Positions 23,598 through 33,355 of a stretch of 64,000 bases of DNA are shown piece by piece. A program made the translations under genes and the position numbers. The stretch lies in NCBI GenBank assembly GCA_963718665.1, contig OY970359.1, positions 2,546,872-2,610,871 of the forward strand, written 5' to 3'. Origin of the DNA: an uncultured Phycisphaerales bacterium. GTDB lineage: Bacteria; Planctomycetota; Phycisphaerae; Sedimentisphaerales; Anaerobacaceae. Numbering within the stretch: the first letter of the stretch is position 1; each line of letters opens with the position of its first letter. The notes beneath the pieces were generated by a model. It did not search any database and was not told where the DNA came from. It saw only the letters and a program-made list of their open reading frames with translations.

Positions 23598-24233
23598 ATG
23601 AGGAAGTTAATGAGGTTAACTGTGGTGTTGGCGGTATTGGGTGTTTGTGCGCCATCGTATGGATACATCCTTGTTTACAACGTTACCGGCGGAATGAAGG
23701 CGTTGGAATGGAACACCTCAAAAATAATCAGCATTTCGGTCAAGGGTTGTCTGGTGGCAGATATTAATAGTAATAGTAACGGTGATAATGAAGTCAATGA
23801 TGCACAAATGGTGCTCTGCGGCAAAGATACGGGCGGCAACCTCGTTTACTATAAAGATTCACTTAACAAAAGCGACGAAGGCGCCAGCTTGTACACGACA
23901 GGTAATGTTGTTGGGGTTGATGTATGGGACCATAACAGCCCCTTTTGGTATGAGTTTACGATGATTGGCAATATTAAGGCCACAGATGTCGGCTTAGGAG
24001 CCAACTACAAGGAGTGGGCTGCAAGCAGCTTGAGTGGAAGTTTGGGTTCCTGGTGGGATCAGTTATTAGACAGCAGTCAGGAACTTTTCGGGACAGGCGC
24101 GGCCACAATGACACTTGATACCACACATACCAAGGCCGCCAATGCAGGTTCACTATCGGTTGATTCTGTTATTAGTGCGTTTATAGACGGACTGAAAGCC
24201 AAAGGTTATCACTCAATAGTTTTGCCGGATTGA
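23598..24233 (+). CDS. Secreted hypothetical protein
   Basis: AAGGAG RBS, signal peptide, 211 aa. Confidence 0.8.
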   Translation: MRKLMRLTVVLAVLGVCAPSYGYILVYNVTGGMKALEWNTSKIISISVKGCLVADINSNSNGDNEVNDAQMVLCGKDTGGNLVYYKDSLNKSDEGASLYTTGNVVGVDVWDHNSPFWYEFTMIGNIKATDVGLGANYKEWAASSLSGSLGSWWDQLLDSSQELFGTGAATMTLDTTHTKAANAGSLSVDSVISAFIDGLKAKGYHSIVLPD

Positions 24234-24310
24234 TTAAAGAGACGATTCCGCTTTGTGGCTGAACGCAAGCACTTCGACGCCGCTCAGTGCAAGGTGGAAT
24301 CGTCTTTATT

Positions 24311-24652
24311 TTAAGTGTCGAGCATATCCCATTCGAAGCCGACGAGCCAGCGAAGGGCGGACAGTTTGCCGTTGAGCATTCCCCATTCGAAGTCGTCGTA
24401 AGGGCCGAGGTTTTCGATGCCGTATTTTGCCTCGATTTTGCGGGCGTTTATCTCGGCATCCTTCCAGATTTGCGGGTCGCACTCCTCTTCGCCGTCTTCA
24501 ATTGCTTGTTTCAGGTCCTGGTGCCTGTTGTACCAGATTTTGTCGAGCAGCTCGCCGATTTGCTCGTCGATTTCTTCCTGCGTTCTTTGTCCCGGCATTT
24601 CCGAATCTTCCTGGTCATCCGGATTAAAGGAGTTTCTTGATATCATAGCCAT
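24311..24652 (-). CDS. Acidic hypothetical protein
   Basis: Protein-like 113-aa ORF ending DDFEWGMLNGKLSALRW. Confidence 0.65.
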   Translation of the reverse strand: MAMISRNSFNPDDQEDSEMPGQRTQEEIDEQIGELLDKIWYNRHQDLKQAIEDGEEECDPQIWKDAEINARKIEAKYGIENLGPYDDFEWGMLNGKLSALRWLVGFEWDMLDT

Positions 24653-24794
24653 TCATCCAAAATTAAGGATCATCGTTAGTTTTTCTTCCTGTAGCGTAAT
24701 TATAGCCGGTATTGATGACAGAGTGCAAGGGTGAACAGGAGTTGGTTAAACTGGGCAAGAAGGCGTAGTTCTAATCCCAACAGGATTGGTTTAG

Positions 24795-24868
24795 TGCGCC
24801 CGGCAGGAGTCGAACCTGCAACCTCCGGGTTCGAAGCCCGGCACTCTGTCCAGTTGAGCTACGGGCGC
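24795..24868 (-). tRNA. tRNA-Arg(UCG)
   Basis: CCGGG-CT-TCG-AA-CCCGG anticodon arm; GGTTCGACTCC. Confidence 0.95.
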
Positions 24869-25027
24869 AAATATCATTCCCGCTTGGCCGATAATAGCAG
24901 GTTATTCGGCAAACTTCAATCATTACCCCGTGTTACCTTGTGTAGTTTTCCGTCATTTTTATTTGACTATTCGGCCGATAAATACGTATAATGAAAAACT
25001 GATTATTCTGTTATCGGGGGAAAAATC

Positions 25028-27841
25028 GTGACAGATACGGTAAAAACACATGTAAAAATGGTGATCATTGCTATTTTGTTGGCTGTTGCCTCGGTTCCGG
25101 CTGCTGCCGATGATGCGATGTGGACGTGGGTCAGCGGCTCTAATACTTTTAACCCAACCGGCACAAACATCATCCCCGGCGGACGAGAGGAATGCGTCTC
25201 ATGGATAGATGATGCCGGAAACCTGTGGTTTTTCGGCGGGTATGGAATAGGTAGTGATGGCAGCGCGAGCCTGGGCCTGCTGAACGGTTTATGGAAGTTT
25301 GATGGAACTGGCTGGACATTGGTAAAAGGCCATGATATGACCAATATATCCTACCAGGGCGGGGTATATGGCACCGAAGGGTCAGGGTATTCGAATAACA
25401 CACCCGGTGCGAGAAGTAATAGTGTTTCGTGGACGGATATCAGTGGCAATCTCTGGCTTTTCGGTGGATACGGATACGATGCGAATGTGACCCTCGGATT
25501 ATTAAATGATTTGTGGAAGTTTGACGGCAGTAACTGGATATGGATCACGGGTTCAAATGCTGTCAATCAATATGGTGTGTATGGAACAATGGGAGTTGCT
25601 AACTCAAATAATACGCCCGGGGCGAGAGGATCGAGCGCAACCTGGGCGGACAGCAACGGGACACTGTGGCTTTTCGGCGGGTACGGCTATGGCAGCAGCG
25701 GCTCGGTTGGAGCGTTGAATGATTTATGGAAGTATAGGGGCTCCAAATGGATATGGGTCAACGGCTCAAAAAGCATTTCCCACAAGGGAGCTTACGGCAC
25801 CGAAGGTGTCGCAGATGCGAATAACGTGCCGGGGGCAAGATATGGAACCGTCCTGTGGATGGATATCAAAGGCAACCTGTGGGTTTATGGCGGATACGGG
25901 TACGACAGCAGGGGCAATGGCGGGTATTTGAGCGATTCCTGGAAATTTGACGTTGACAGCAATGAATGGACGTGGGTCAGCGGCTCAAATCGTGTCAATC
26001 AGCATTCAGCCGGTGTATATGGGACACAAGGGGAACCTAATGCGAACAATGTCCCCGGTGACCGCATGGGGGCTGCCTCCTGGAGGGACAACTATGGCTA
26101 TCTTTGGCTTTTCGGCGGAATGGGGTATGATAGCGGCGGAACTTACGGACTATTAAATGATTTATGGAAGTTTAACGATTCTGTCTGGGAATGGGTCAAA
26201 GGCTCGGACACCGTATCGGAATCCGGCACATACGGCACCCAGGGAATCGCAAATTCGGATAATACACCGGGGGCACGCGGTTACAGCGTTTCCTGTATGG
26301 ATACAAGCGGCAATCTCTGGCTTTTCGGCGGATATGGATACGATTATTTAAGCAACGACGGCAATTTGAATGACCTGTGGAAATTCGGCAGTATTATCCC
26401 GCAAGGGGTTCAGCTAAGGGTTTTCTGCGAGGCAAATGAAATTACCAATGGCCAGAGTGACCCTGTTATTCTGGGAACTGCTCCAGTCAGTATTACAGGG
26501 CCGAGCAAAACCTTCACTATTCGTAATAACGGCAGCGAAACACTCGTATTGGACGTGCCTTTTGCCCAGCCGACAGATTTCAATATTACGCAACCCGAAG
26601 AGTCCGTACTGGCTCCGGGTGATTACACAACCTTTACCGTTACGCTGGATACGAACGAGATAGGCGTTTTTCAGGAGACCATCTCTTTTGATAACAACGA
26701 CGTCGATAATGACCCCTTCTCATTCACAATTAAGGGGACCGTTGTCCAGTGGGAATTCGGGAATATACCTGGCAGCAAAAATAACACAAAACTCACGGTT
26801 CCCGACGTCTGCGGCGTGTCGGTTACGTTCAGTTTGACGGGCGGTGGGTATGGCGAAATAGTAGGCGACAGTAATTTCAGCCAGGTGAACCTGTATGGCA
26901 CAGGTGAAAAATCACAACTGACAATCGCGGCAAAAACGGAAATCAGCGTCGGCGATATCAATTCAACCGGCTCACTGAAGGCAATTACGGCCAAAACGAC
27001 AAACCTGCGAGGCAATATACAAGTATCTGGTTCGCTCGCAAGTTTGGTTATCAATGACGTTAATAATTCGAATACGATAACCATTGGCTCTTCATCGAAC
27101 CCAAAAGCAACGATATCACTCAGCTTTGACCGGGTGGCCGACCTGACGATAAACAGCCAAATGCCGGTAAAGGCAATTTCGGCGACCGAATGGCTCGGCG
27201 GGGCTATCGATGCGCCGTCGATTGCCAGTATTACGGCCAAGGGTAATCTGGACGTGAACGTTACAATTGACTCTGCTGTCGGCAGCATCAAAACCGCTGG
27301 GACTCTATCGGGCGAGTGGAACTGCAATACGATTAAAAGTGTTTCGGCTTTGAACATTACCTCGGCAACGCTGGCTCTGGACCAGGCACCGAATGCCAAA
27401 GTGCTCGCCCTGGGTACTCTTACCGTAAAGAGTTACATTACCGACAGTCAAATAATATCTGATGGAAACATCGGCACAATCAATGCCGGGGCGATGATAA
27501 ATTCGGTTTGTTTCGCAGGCATTAAAGACGGCGTTACCGGGTTGCCCGACCCGAATGCGGACATCAATTACGCACCACCAGCTTCTATTAAGAGTATCAC
27601 GGTGAAGGGTATCAAAGGCGAACCGAATTCTTTCATCAATAGCGATATTGCCGCGGCGAGTATCCTGAGCGCAACTTTAAATTATCCCCAGAGTGATAAT
27701 AACGGTGTGCCATTCGGTGTGTCCGCCGGCTCTATTAAATCGCTGAAAATTAAAAACACAGGCGGGTCCGTTACGCTCAAAAATCTCAATTCGCCCAGCG
27801 ACAACAACGATTTTGGCGACTTTAAAATTCGCCTCTATTAG
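25028..27841 (+). CDS. Secreted kelch-like beta-propeller with Ig-like domain and repetitive C-terminal region
   Basis: Six ~70-aa repeats (PGAR...GNLWLFGGYG...LNDLWKF); TFTIRNNG..L, NDPFSFTIKG. Confidence 0.85.
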   Translation: MTDTVKTHVKMVIIAILLAVASVPAAADDAMWTWVSGSNTFNPTGTNIIPGGREECVSWIDDAGNLWFFGGYGIGSDGSASLGLLNGLWKFDGTGWTLVKGHDMTNISYQGGVYGTEGSGYSNNTPGARSNSVSWTDISGNLWLFGGYGYDANVTLGLLNDLWKFDGSNWIWITGSNAVNQYGVYGTMGVANSNNTPGARGSSATWADSNGTLWLFGGYGYGSSGSVGALNDLWKYRGSKWIWVNGSKSISHKGAYGTEGVADANNVPGARYGTVLWMDIKGNLWVYGGYGYDSRGNGGYLSDSWKFDVDSNEWTWVSGSNRVNQHSAGVYGTQGEPNANNVPGDRMGAASWRDNYGYLWLFGGMGYDSGGTYGLLNDLWKFNDSVWEWVKGSDTVSESGTYGTQGIANSDNTPGARGYSVSCMDTSGNLWLFGGYGYDYLSNDGNLNDLWKFGSIIPQGVQLRVFCEANEITNGQSDPVILGTAPVSITGPSKTFTIRNNGSETLVLDVPFAQPTDFNITQPEESVLAPGDYTTFTVTLDTNEIGVFQETISFDNNDVDNDPFSFTIKGTVVQWEFGNIPGSKNNTKLTVPDVCGVSVTFSLTGGGYGEIVGDSNFSQVNLYGTGEKSQLTIAAKTEISVGDINSTGSLKAITAKTTNLRGNIQVSGSLASLVINDVNNSNTITIGSSSNPKATISLSFDRVADLTINSQMPVKAISATEWLGGAIDAPSIASITAKGNLDVNVTIDSAVGSIKTAGTLSGEWNCNTIKSVSALNITSATLALDQAPNAKVLALGTLTVKSYITDSQIISDGNIGTINAGAMINSVCFAGIKDGVTGLPDPNADINYAPPASIKSITVKGIKGEPNSFINSDIAAASILSATLNYPQSDNNGVPFGVSAGSIKSLKIKNTGGSVTLKNLNSPSDNNDFGDFKIRLY

Positions 27842-27979
27842 AAACGCCAATTTATTCGCCAAAATTCAAATCACTCGCGTAATACTGGCGAGCCGGCTCA
27901 ATTTATGCTATAAGCACAGGTGATGTTTGGCCGTCCGGGACAGCAGGGCGGCGATAAGTGTATTGCCGGAGAATTTGTA

Positions 27980-29014
27980 ATGAAGGCGGCCGTGCTGACG
28001 GGCATAAAACAGGCACAAGTAATCGATTTGCCGAAGCCATCCATAAAAAATGATAGCGATGTTCTCCTGAAAGTCGCTGTCGTCGGGGTCTGCGGCAGCG
28101 ATATCCATTATTACCTCTCAGGCAGAATCGGCTCAAAAATCGTCCAATACCCCTATGTCGTCGGGCATGAATGCTCCGCGATCGTAGTAGCGGTCGGCAA
28201 AAAGGTAAAGCACGTCAAACCCGGCGATACAGTCGCCGTCGAACCTGCTGTCTCCTGCCACGAATGTCCCCAGTGCAAAATGGGCAGAGAAAACACCTGC
28301 TGTAACTTGAAATTTCTCGGCGTTCCGGGTGAGCTGGCCGGGTGTCTTTGCGAATATATCGTTATGCCCGGAGATTGCTGCCTGCCGACAACTGGGCGAT
28401 TAACTCACGAACAGGCCGCTCTCTGCGAACCGTTCGCGATTGGTGTTTATACCGTTCAGCAATCCCGATTGGCCAAAGGCGACAAAATAGCCATTTTGGG
28501 CTCAGGCCCTATTGGCTTAAGCTGTCTGATTGCCGCGAAAATACAGGGCGCCGGCTCCGTTTATATGACGGACAAGGTTGACTACCGAGTTGAGTTCGCA
28601 AAAAAGGCCGGCGCAAGCTGGGTCGGCAACCCTGATAAAAATGACGTCGTGAAGGATATTCTTCAGCTTGAACCATTAGGCGTTGATATCGCCTGCGAAT
28701 GTGCGGGTAAGCAGGAGACAATCGACCAGGCCGTCGAAGTTCTCCGGCCAGGCGGTATTTTTATGCTCGTGGGCATCCCCGAATCCAACCGCGTAAGTTT
28801 CCCCATTGACCGCATCAGAAGAAAAGAGATTACCATTATCAACGTCCGCAGACAAAATCATTGCGCTTCACGGGCGATTGAGTTTGTGGCGTCGGCTAAG
28901 GCGGCGATTGACTCATTCGTTACCCACCGTTTCAAACTTGAACAGGTAAATGCGGCGTTTGACATTGTCGCTGATTATCGCGACGGGGTCATCAAAGCGA
29001 TGGTTATTTTGTAA
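27980..29014 (+). CDS. Zn-dependent medium-chain dehydrogenase (sorbitol/threonine DH-like)
   Basis: GVCGSDIH, GHE, CxxCxxC, GSGPIG. Confidence 0.92.
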   Translation: MKAAVLTGIKQAQVIDLPKPSIKNDSDVLLKVAVVGVCGSDIHYYLSGRIGSKIVQYPYVVGHECSAIVVAVGKKVKHVKPGDTVAVEPAVSCHECPQCKMGRENTCCNLKFLGVPGELAGCLCEYIVMPGDCCLPTTGRLTHEQAALCEPFAIGVYTVQQSRLAKGDKIAILGSGPIGLSCLIAAKIQGAGSVYMTDKVDYRVEFAKKAGASWVGNPDKNDVVKDILQLEPLGVDIACECAGKQETIDQAVEVLRPGGIFMLVGIPESNRVSFPIDRIRRKEITIINVRRQNHCASRAIEFVASAKAAIDSFVTHRFKLEQVNAAFDIVADYRDGVIKAMVIL

Positions 29015-29015
29015 G

Positions 29016-30281
29016 ATGGGAGCTATGATTAAAGCGTGCGTAGTCAGTATCGGTAACGAGCTTCTCAACGGCCACACGACCGACACGAACTGCTCGTATA
29101 TATGCGGCCGGCTGCTTTCAATCGGCATACCCGTTGTCAACGCTTATACAGTCGGTGACGATATAAAGCAAATCGTCCGTTCGCTCAAACGAGCAGCTGA
29201 AGACGCGGATATAGTTATCGTTACGGGCGGTATGGGACCTACAGATGATGATATCACTCGACAGGCCTTTGCCGAATTACTGGGAGTCAGATTGCAGGTC
29301 AAACCAGCCCTGTTGAAAGACATAAGAAAATTCTTCGCTGACAGGGGATTGCCGATGCCGGAAAAAAATACCATTCAGGCCTGCGTTCCCAAAGGTGCAT
29401 CGGCACTCGAAAACCCGTTTGGCACAGCGCCTGGCATTTTTGCCAAAATGAAGAAAAAACTCTTTTTCGCAATGCCCGGGGTGCCTGTCGAAATGAAAGA
29501 GATGCTTGAAAAATCCGTCCTGCCTCGCTTGGCAAAGAAGGGGGCCTGCGGCTTTACTATTGTCAAAAAAGTCCGGTGTTTTGGCGTGGGCGAATCGGCC
29601 CTTGCGGAAAAACTCGGTGACCTTATGGACCGATGCAGAAACCCGCTCATAAATTCAACCGTTGGTTCGGGCGTCATTACGCTTCACGTCGTCGCCTCCG
29701 CCAAAACAAAAAAGCAAGCCGAGCAAATGGCTAAAAAAGACATTAACCATCTTCACTCGCTTCTCGGCGACCTTATCTTCGGCTTCGATGACCAGACGCT
29801 GCCGGAAGTAGTAGGGCACTGGCTAATGCAAAACCGAAAGACAATCACCGTTGCTGAATCCTGCACGGGAGGGCTTTTGACAAAGCTCATTACCGATATA
29901 CCCGGCGCAAGCGAATACTTCACACATGGCTGGATAACTTACAGCAACAGAGCCAAGACCGAACTGCTCGGCGTGCCAAAGAAACTCATCGAAAAACATG
30001 GTGCTGTCAGCGAGCAGGTCGCTTCCGCGATGGCGATTGCCGCCAGACAAAAAGCAAAGTCGGATTTCGCTATCGCTATAACTGGTATCGCCGGCCCCGC
30101 GGGCGGCACCAAACAAAAGCCCGTAGGCCTGGTTTATATCAGTGTCTGCGACGGCGATGATTGCCAAACGAAAAAATGCCTGTTTTCTTATACGAGGGAT
30201 TTGATTCGCACCAGGGCAGCACTCACCGCACTCAATATGCTTCGCTTGCGGTCTTCGCGTGCTCAGCGGTTAAAACCTTAA
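29016..30281 (+). CDS. cinA: CinA (MoeA-like domain plus NMN deamidase PncC)
   Basis: IGNELLNG..DTN, GGMGPTDDD, AESCTGG, TGIAGP.GG. Confidence 0.95.
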   Translation: MGAMIKACVVSIGNELLNGHTTDTNCSYICGRLLSIGIPVVNAYTVGDDIKQIVRSLKRAAEDADIVIVTGGMGPTDDDITRQAFAELLGVRLQVKPALLKDIRKFFADRGLPMPEKNTIQACVPKGASALENPFGTAPGIFAKMKKKLFFAMPGVPVEMKEMLEKSVLPRLAKKGACGFTIVKKVRCFGVGESALAEKLGDLMDRCRNPLINSTVGSGVITLHVVASAKTKKQAEQMAKKDINHLHSLLGDLIFGFDDQTLPEVVGHWLMQNRKTITVAESCTGGLLTKLITDIPGASEYFTHGWITYSNRAKTELLGVPKKLIEKHGAVSEQVASAMAIAARQKAKSDFAIAITGIAGPAGGTKQKPVGLVYISVCDGDDCQTKKCLFSYTRDLIRTRAALTALNMLRLRSSRAQRLKP

Positions 30282-30356
30282 TCGGGGCGACAGGACTCGA
30301 ACCTGCGACCCCTTGCACCCCATGCAAGTGCGCTAGCCAAACTGCGCCACGCCCCG
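30282..30356 (-). tRNA. tRNA-Pro(GGG)
   Basis: CGGGGCGTGGCGCAG...GGG anticodon...GTTCGAGTCC. Confidence 0.95.
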
Positions 30357-30429
30357 TATTAGGGTATTTTAACACCGGCTCACCGGCTCAACAAGGTTTT
30401 TCCGCCTTTAAATAATATATGAAAAATGT

Positions 30430-30477
30430 TTGACAAAACCCCCTGACTACGACAAAATGTTAGTCATAGCTAACATT
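30430..30477 (+). promoter_or_regulatory. Promoter overlapped by a DtxR/MntR-type operator
   Basis: TTGACA-N17-CAAAAT; palindrome AATGTTAG-TCATAG-CTAACATT at 30456-30477. Confidence 0.75.
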
Positions 30478-30514
30478 CCTGTCGTATAAATAATAAAGGA
30501 TATTGCTTAATTAT

Positions 30515-30964
30515 ATGGTTTTTAGAAAAAGCAACGTTTTGAGCGCTTCTCAAGAGGATTATCTTGAGGCCATCCTGAATGTGGCCGACGCTTCCGGTAT
30601 GGCACGAAGCACCGATATTGCTGTATCTCTTGGTGTAGCCAAGCCGTCCGTTACAGGGGCGATAAAGCTGCTGGCTCACAGAGGTCTTGTTAATTACAAG
30701 CCATACGGATGTGTGACGTTTACACAGAAGGGTTTTTCGCAGGCGGGACGAGTCGCTCAAAGACATGAAATCATAAAGTCGTTTTTTGTGGATGTTCTCG
30801 GCGTCGATGCTGCTGTTGCTCAAAAAGCGGCCTGCAAGGCGGAGCATCTTTTAGGCCCGGTCATAATATCACGTATGCGGGATTTCACTAATTTAACCAA
30901 AAAGAAAGCCCGGCGCGGAAGGATTGAAACGAGTATCGCAAGAGGTAAAGCGGCAAAGAGATAA
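30515..30964 (+). CDS. DtxR/MntR-family metal-dependent repressor
   Basis: SQEDYLEAI, LGVAKPSVT, RHEII, ACKAEH. Confidence 0.92.
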   Translation: MVFRKSNVLSASQEDYLEAILNVADASGMARSTDIAVSLGVAKPSVTGAIKLLAHRGLVNYKPYGCVTFTQKGFSQAGRVAQRHEIIKSFFVDVLGVDAAVAQKAACKAEHLLGPVIISRMRDFTNLTKKKARRGRIETSIARGKAAKR

Positions 30965-30967
30965 AAT

Positions 30968-31201
30968 ATGGAGACCACAATCACAAGGCCATTGTCGGAA
31001 ATTGCGGAAGGACAAACCGTCAACATAATAAGAATCGACGGCGGACGGGGTATGAGAGTCCGGCTGACTTCGCTGGGGCTTTTGCCTAAAACGCAGGTAA
31101 CGGTGGTGCACAACGGAAGGTCCGGCCCGTTCGTCATAAGCGTAAAAAACTCTAAGATGGCCCTCGGCAGGGGAGTAGTGGACAAGATTATGGTATCGTG
31201 A
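30968..31201 (+). CDS. feoA: Ferrous iron transport protein A
   Basis: RLTSLGLLP..GP..MALGRG. Confidence 0.92.
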   Translation: METTITRPLSEIAEGQTVNIIRIDGGRGMRVRLTSLGLLPKTQVTVVHNGRSGPFVISVKNSKMALGRGVVDKIMVS

Positions 31202-31231
31202 TTCGTCCCAACATTATATTTTTTGCTTTAT

Positions 31232-31251
31232 AAGTTAGGTGTTCCTAACTT
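31232..31251. promoter_or_regulatory. DtxR-type operator upstream of feoB
   Basis: Palindrome AAGTTAGG-TGTT-CCTAACTT. Confidence 0.8.
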
Positions 31252-31266
31252 TTAAATCGGTGGAAT

Positions 31267-33350
31267 ATGACAGACAGTAAGCTGAAAAAAATAACCGTTG
31301 CCCTGGCCGGCAACCCGAACAGCGGCAAGACCAGCGTATTCAATATGCTGACGGGCGCCAGCCACCACGTTGCCAATTACCCCGGCACAACTGTAGAAAC
31401 GGTCCAGGGGACGCGCACGCACGGGGATTTTCGCATTGTATTTGTTGACCTGCCGGCGCATACGGCCTGACCACGTTTTCCGCGGAAGAGCTGGTCGCAC
31501 GCAATTTTATAATCGATGAAAAACCCGACATTGTTGTTAACGTCATCGACGCCTCGAACCTGGAGCGGAATTTGTATCTGACCACCCAGCTAATCGAGCT
31601 TGGCGTGCCGATTGTCCTGGCTTTCAATATGAGCGATATAGCGGCTCGGCGGGGTATCGTCTTTGATACGGACCGGCTTTCCGAGCTTTTCGAAGCCCCT
31701 ATTGTTCGCACCGTTGCAAGTAAATCACAAGGCCGACTTGATTTGCTCAACGTTATTGTCGCCGAAGTAAACGCTCCGCGAAAGCTCAGAACTCATCATA
31801 TAACTTACGGCGACGAAATCGAAAACGCACTGAGACAAATCGAGCCGCTTGTCCGTTTTGAGCAGCCGGCTCTTGCCGCAAGGTATGGCCCGAAATGGAT
31901 TGCCCTCAAGCTGCTCGAACAGGACGGCGGCATAATCACGAAAGTCGGGGGCGGCCGGCTTATCGAAGTTGTTAATGGTACTGTTGCCAAGCTAAAGACC
32001 ATTTTCGGCGACGACCCCGAGGTAATCATTGCCGAAAGACGATACGGCTTCATTTCCGGCGCATGTCAGGAAAGCGTAAAAAATACTGTTGAGCTTACTC
32101 ATACCACAAGCGACCTTGCCGACGTGGTCCTCACCCACCGCGTATTCGGCCTGCCCATTTTTTTGCTGATGATGTACATGGTTTTTTATTTAACGTTTTC
32201 AATTGCCGCTTACCCGATGGCTTGGCTGGAGCAATTTTTCGGCTGGTTGTCATCGGCGATTGCTTTAATCTGGTTCTCGCATGATGGTAACTGGCTGCGC
32301 TCACTTATAATTGACGGTATAATCCCCGGCGTGGGCGGCGTCCTCGTATTTTTGCCCAATATTCTTCTTCTTTTTCTCGCAATCGCCGTCCTCGAAGATT
32401 CCGGCTATATGGCCCGTGCCGCCTTTATTATGGACCGGCTGATGCACAAAATCGGTCTCCACGGCAAAAGCTTCATCCCTATGCTCATAGGTTTCGGCTG
32501 CTCGGTTCCCGCAATTATGGCCACCCGAATTCTCGAAAATAAACGCAACCGACTCACAACCATTATGATTTTACCCCTGATGAGCTGCGGCGCACGCCTG
32601 ACTATTTACGGCCTTCTCATACCCGCTTTTTTCCCGCAGAACTGGCGCGGGCCTGTCCTGTGGCTTATATATCTGACTGGCATTGTCCTGGCCGTCATTG
32701 CCGCAAAGGTCTTGCGTCTCACGGTTTTCCGCGGCGATAACACCGACTTCGTTATGGAGCTGCCTCCTTATCGTGTCCCTACCTTCAAATCGCTTTCTGC
32801 TCACACCTGGCTGCGGGGCTGGTTATATCTCAAAAAAGCGGGTACCGTTATTCTTGTCTTTTCAATTATCCTCTGGGCCGCGATGAATTATCCCAGGGTC
32901 AGCGAACAATCTGTTGCCGGATTGTCCCCGGACCAAATCCGGCAGGCACAGCTTGCCAATTCTGTTATTGGCAGGGTCGGGCGGGCAATCGAGCCGGTTA
33001 TTAAACCTCTCGGCTTTGACTGGAAAATCGGAACTGCCCTCATCGGCGCAACCGCGGCAAAAGAATTATTCGTCTCACAATTAGGCATTATATACGCCGT
33101 ATCTTCCCACAGAGATTCTTCTGCCACCACACTCCGTCAGCATTTACAGGCCGATTATTCTTCGCTTGTCGGCTTTTGTATAATGCTGTTTTGCCTGATT
33201 AGCTCCCCCTGTGTCGCTACCCTTGCCGTCACACGTTCGGAAACTAATTCTTGGTTCTGGGCCGCCTTCCAGTTTGTTTTTCTCACCGTGCTGGCCTATA
33301 TCATTACCTTTGCTGTTTATCAGATTGGCTCACTCGTTATGGCTTTATAA
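31267..33350 (+). CDS. feoB: Ferrous iron transport protein B, frameshifted near 31454
   Basis: GNPNSGKT, NYPGTTVE, DLP(G.Y) broken; LEDSGYMARAAF, GFGCSVPA. Confidence 0.93.
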
Positions 33351-33355
33351 CGGCT

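Noticed and set aside
25100..26400. Regular ~210-nt DNA repeats as a possible CRISPR array or DGR
   Set aside because: They are coding kelch-like repeats. No cas or reverse transcriptase gene is present.
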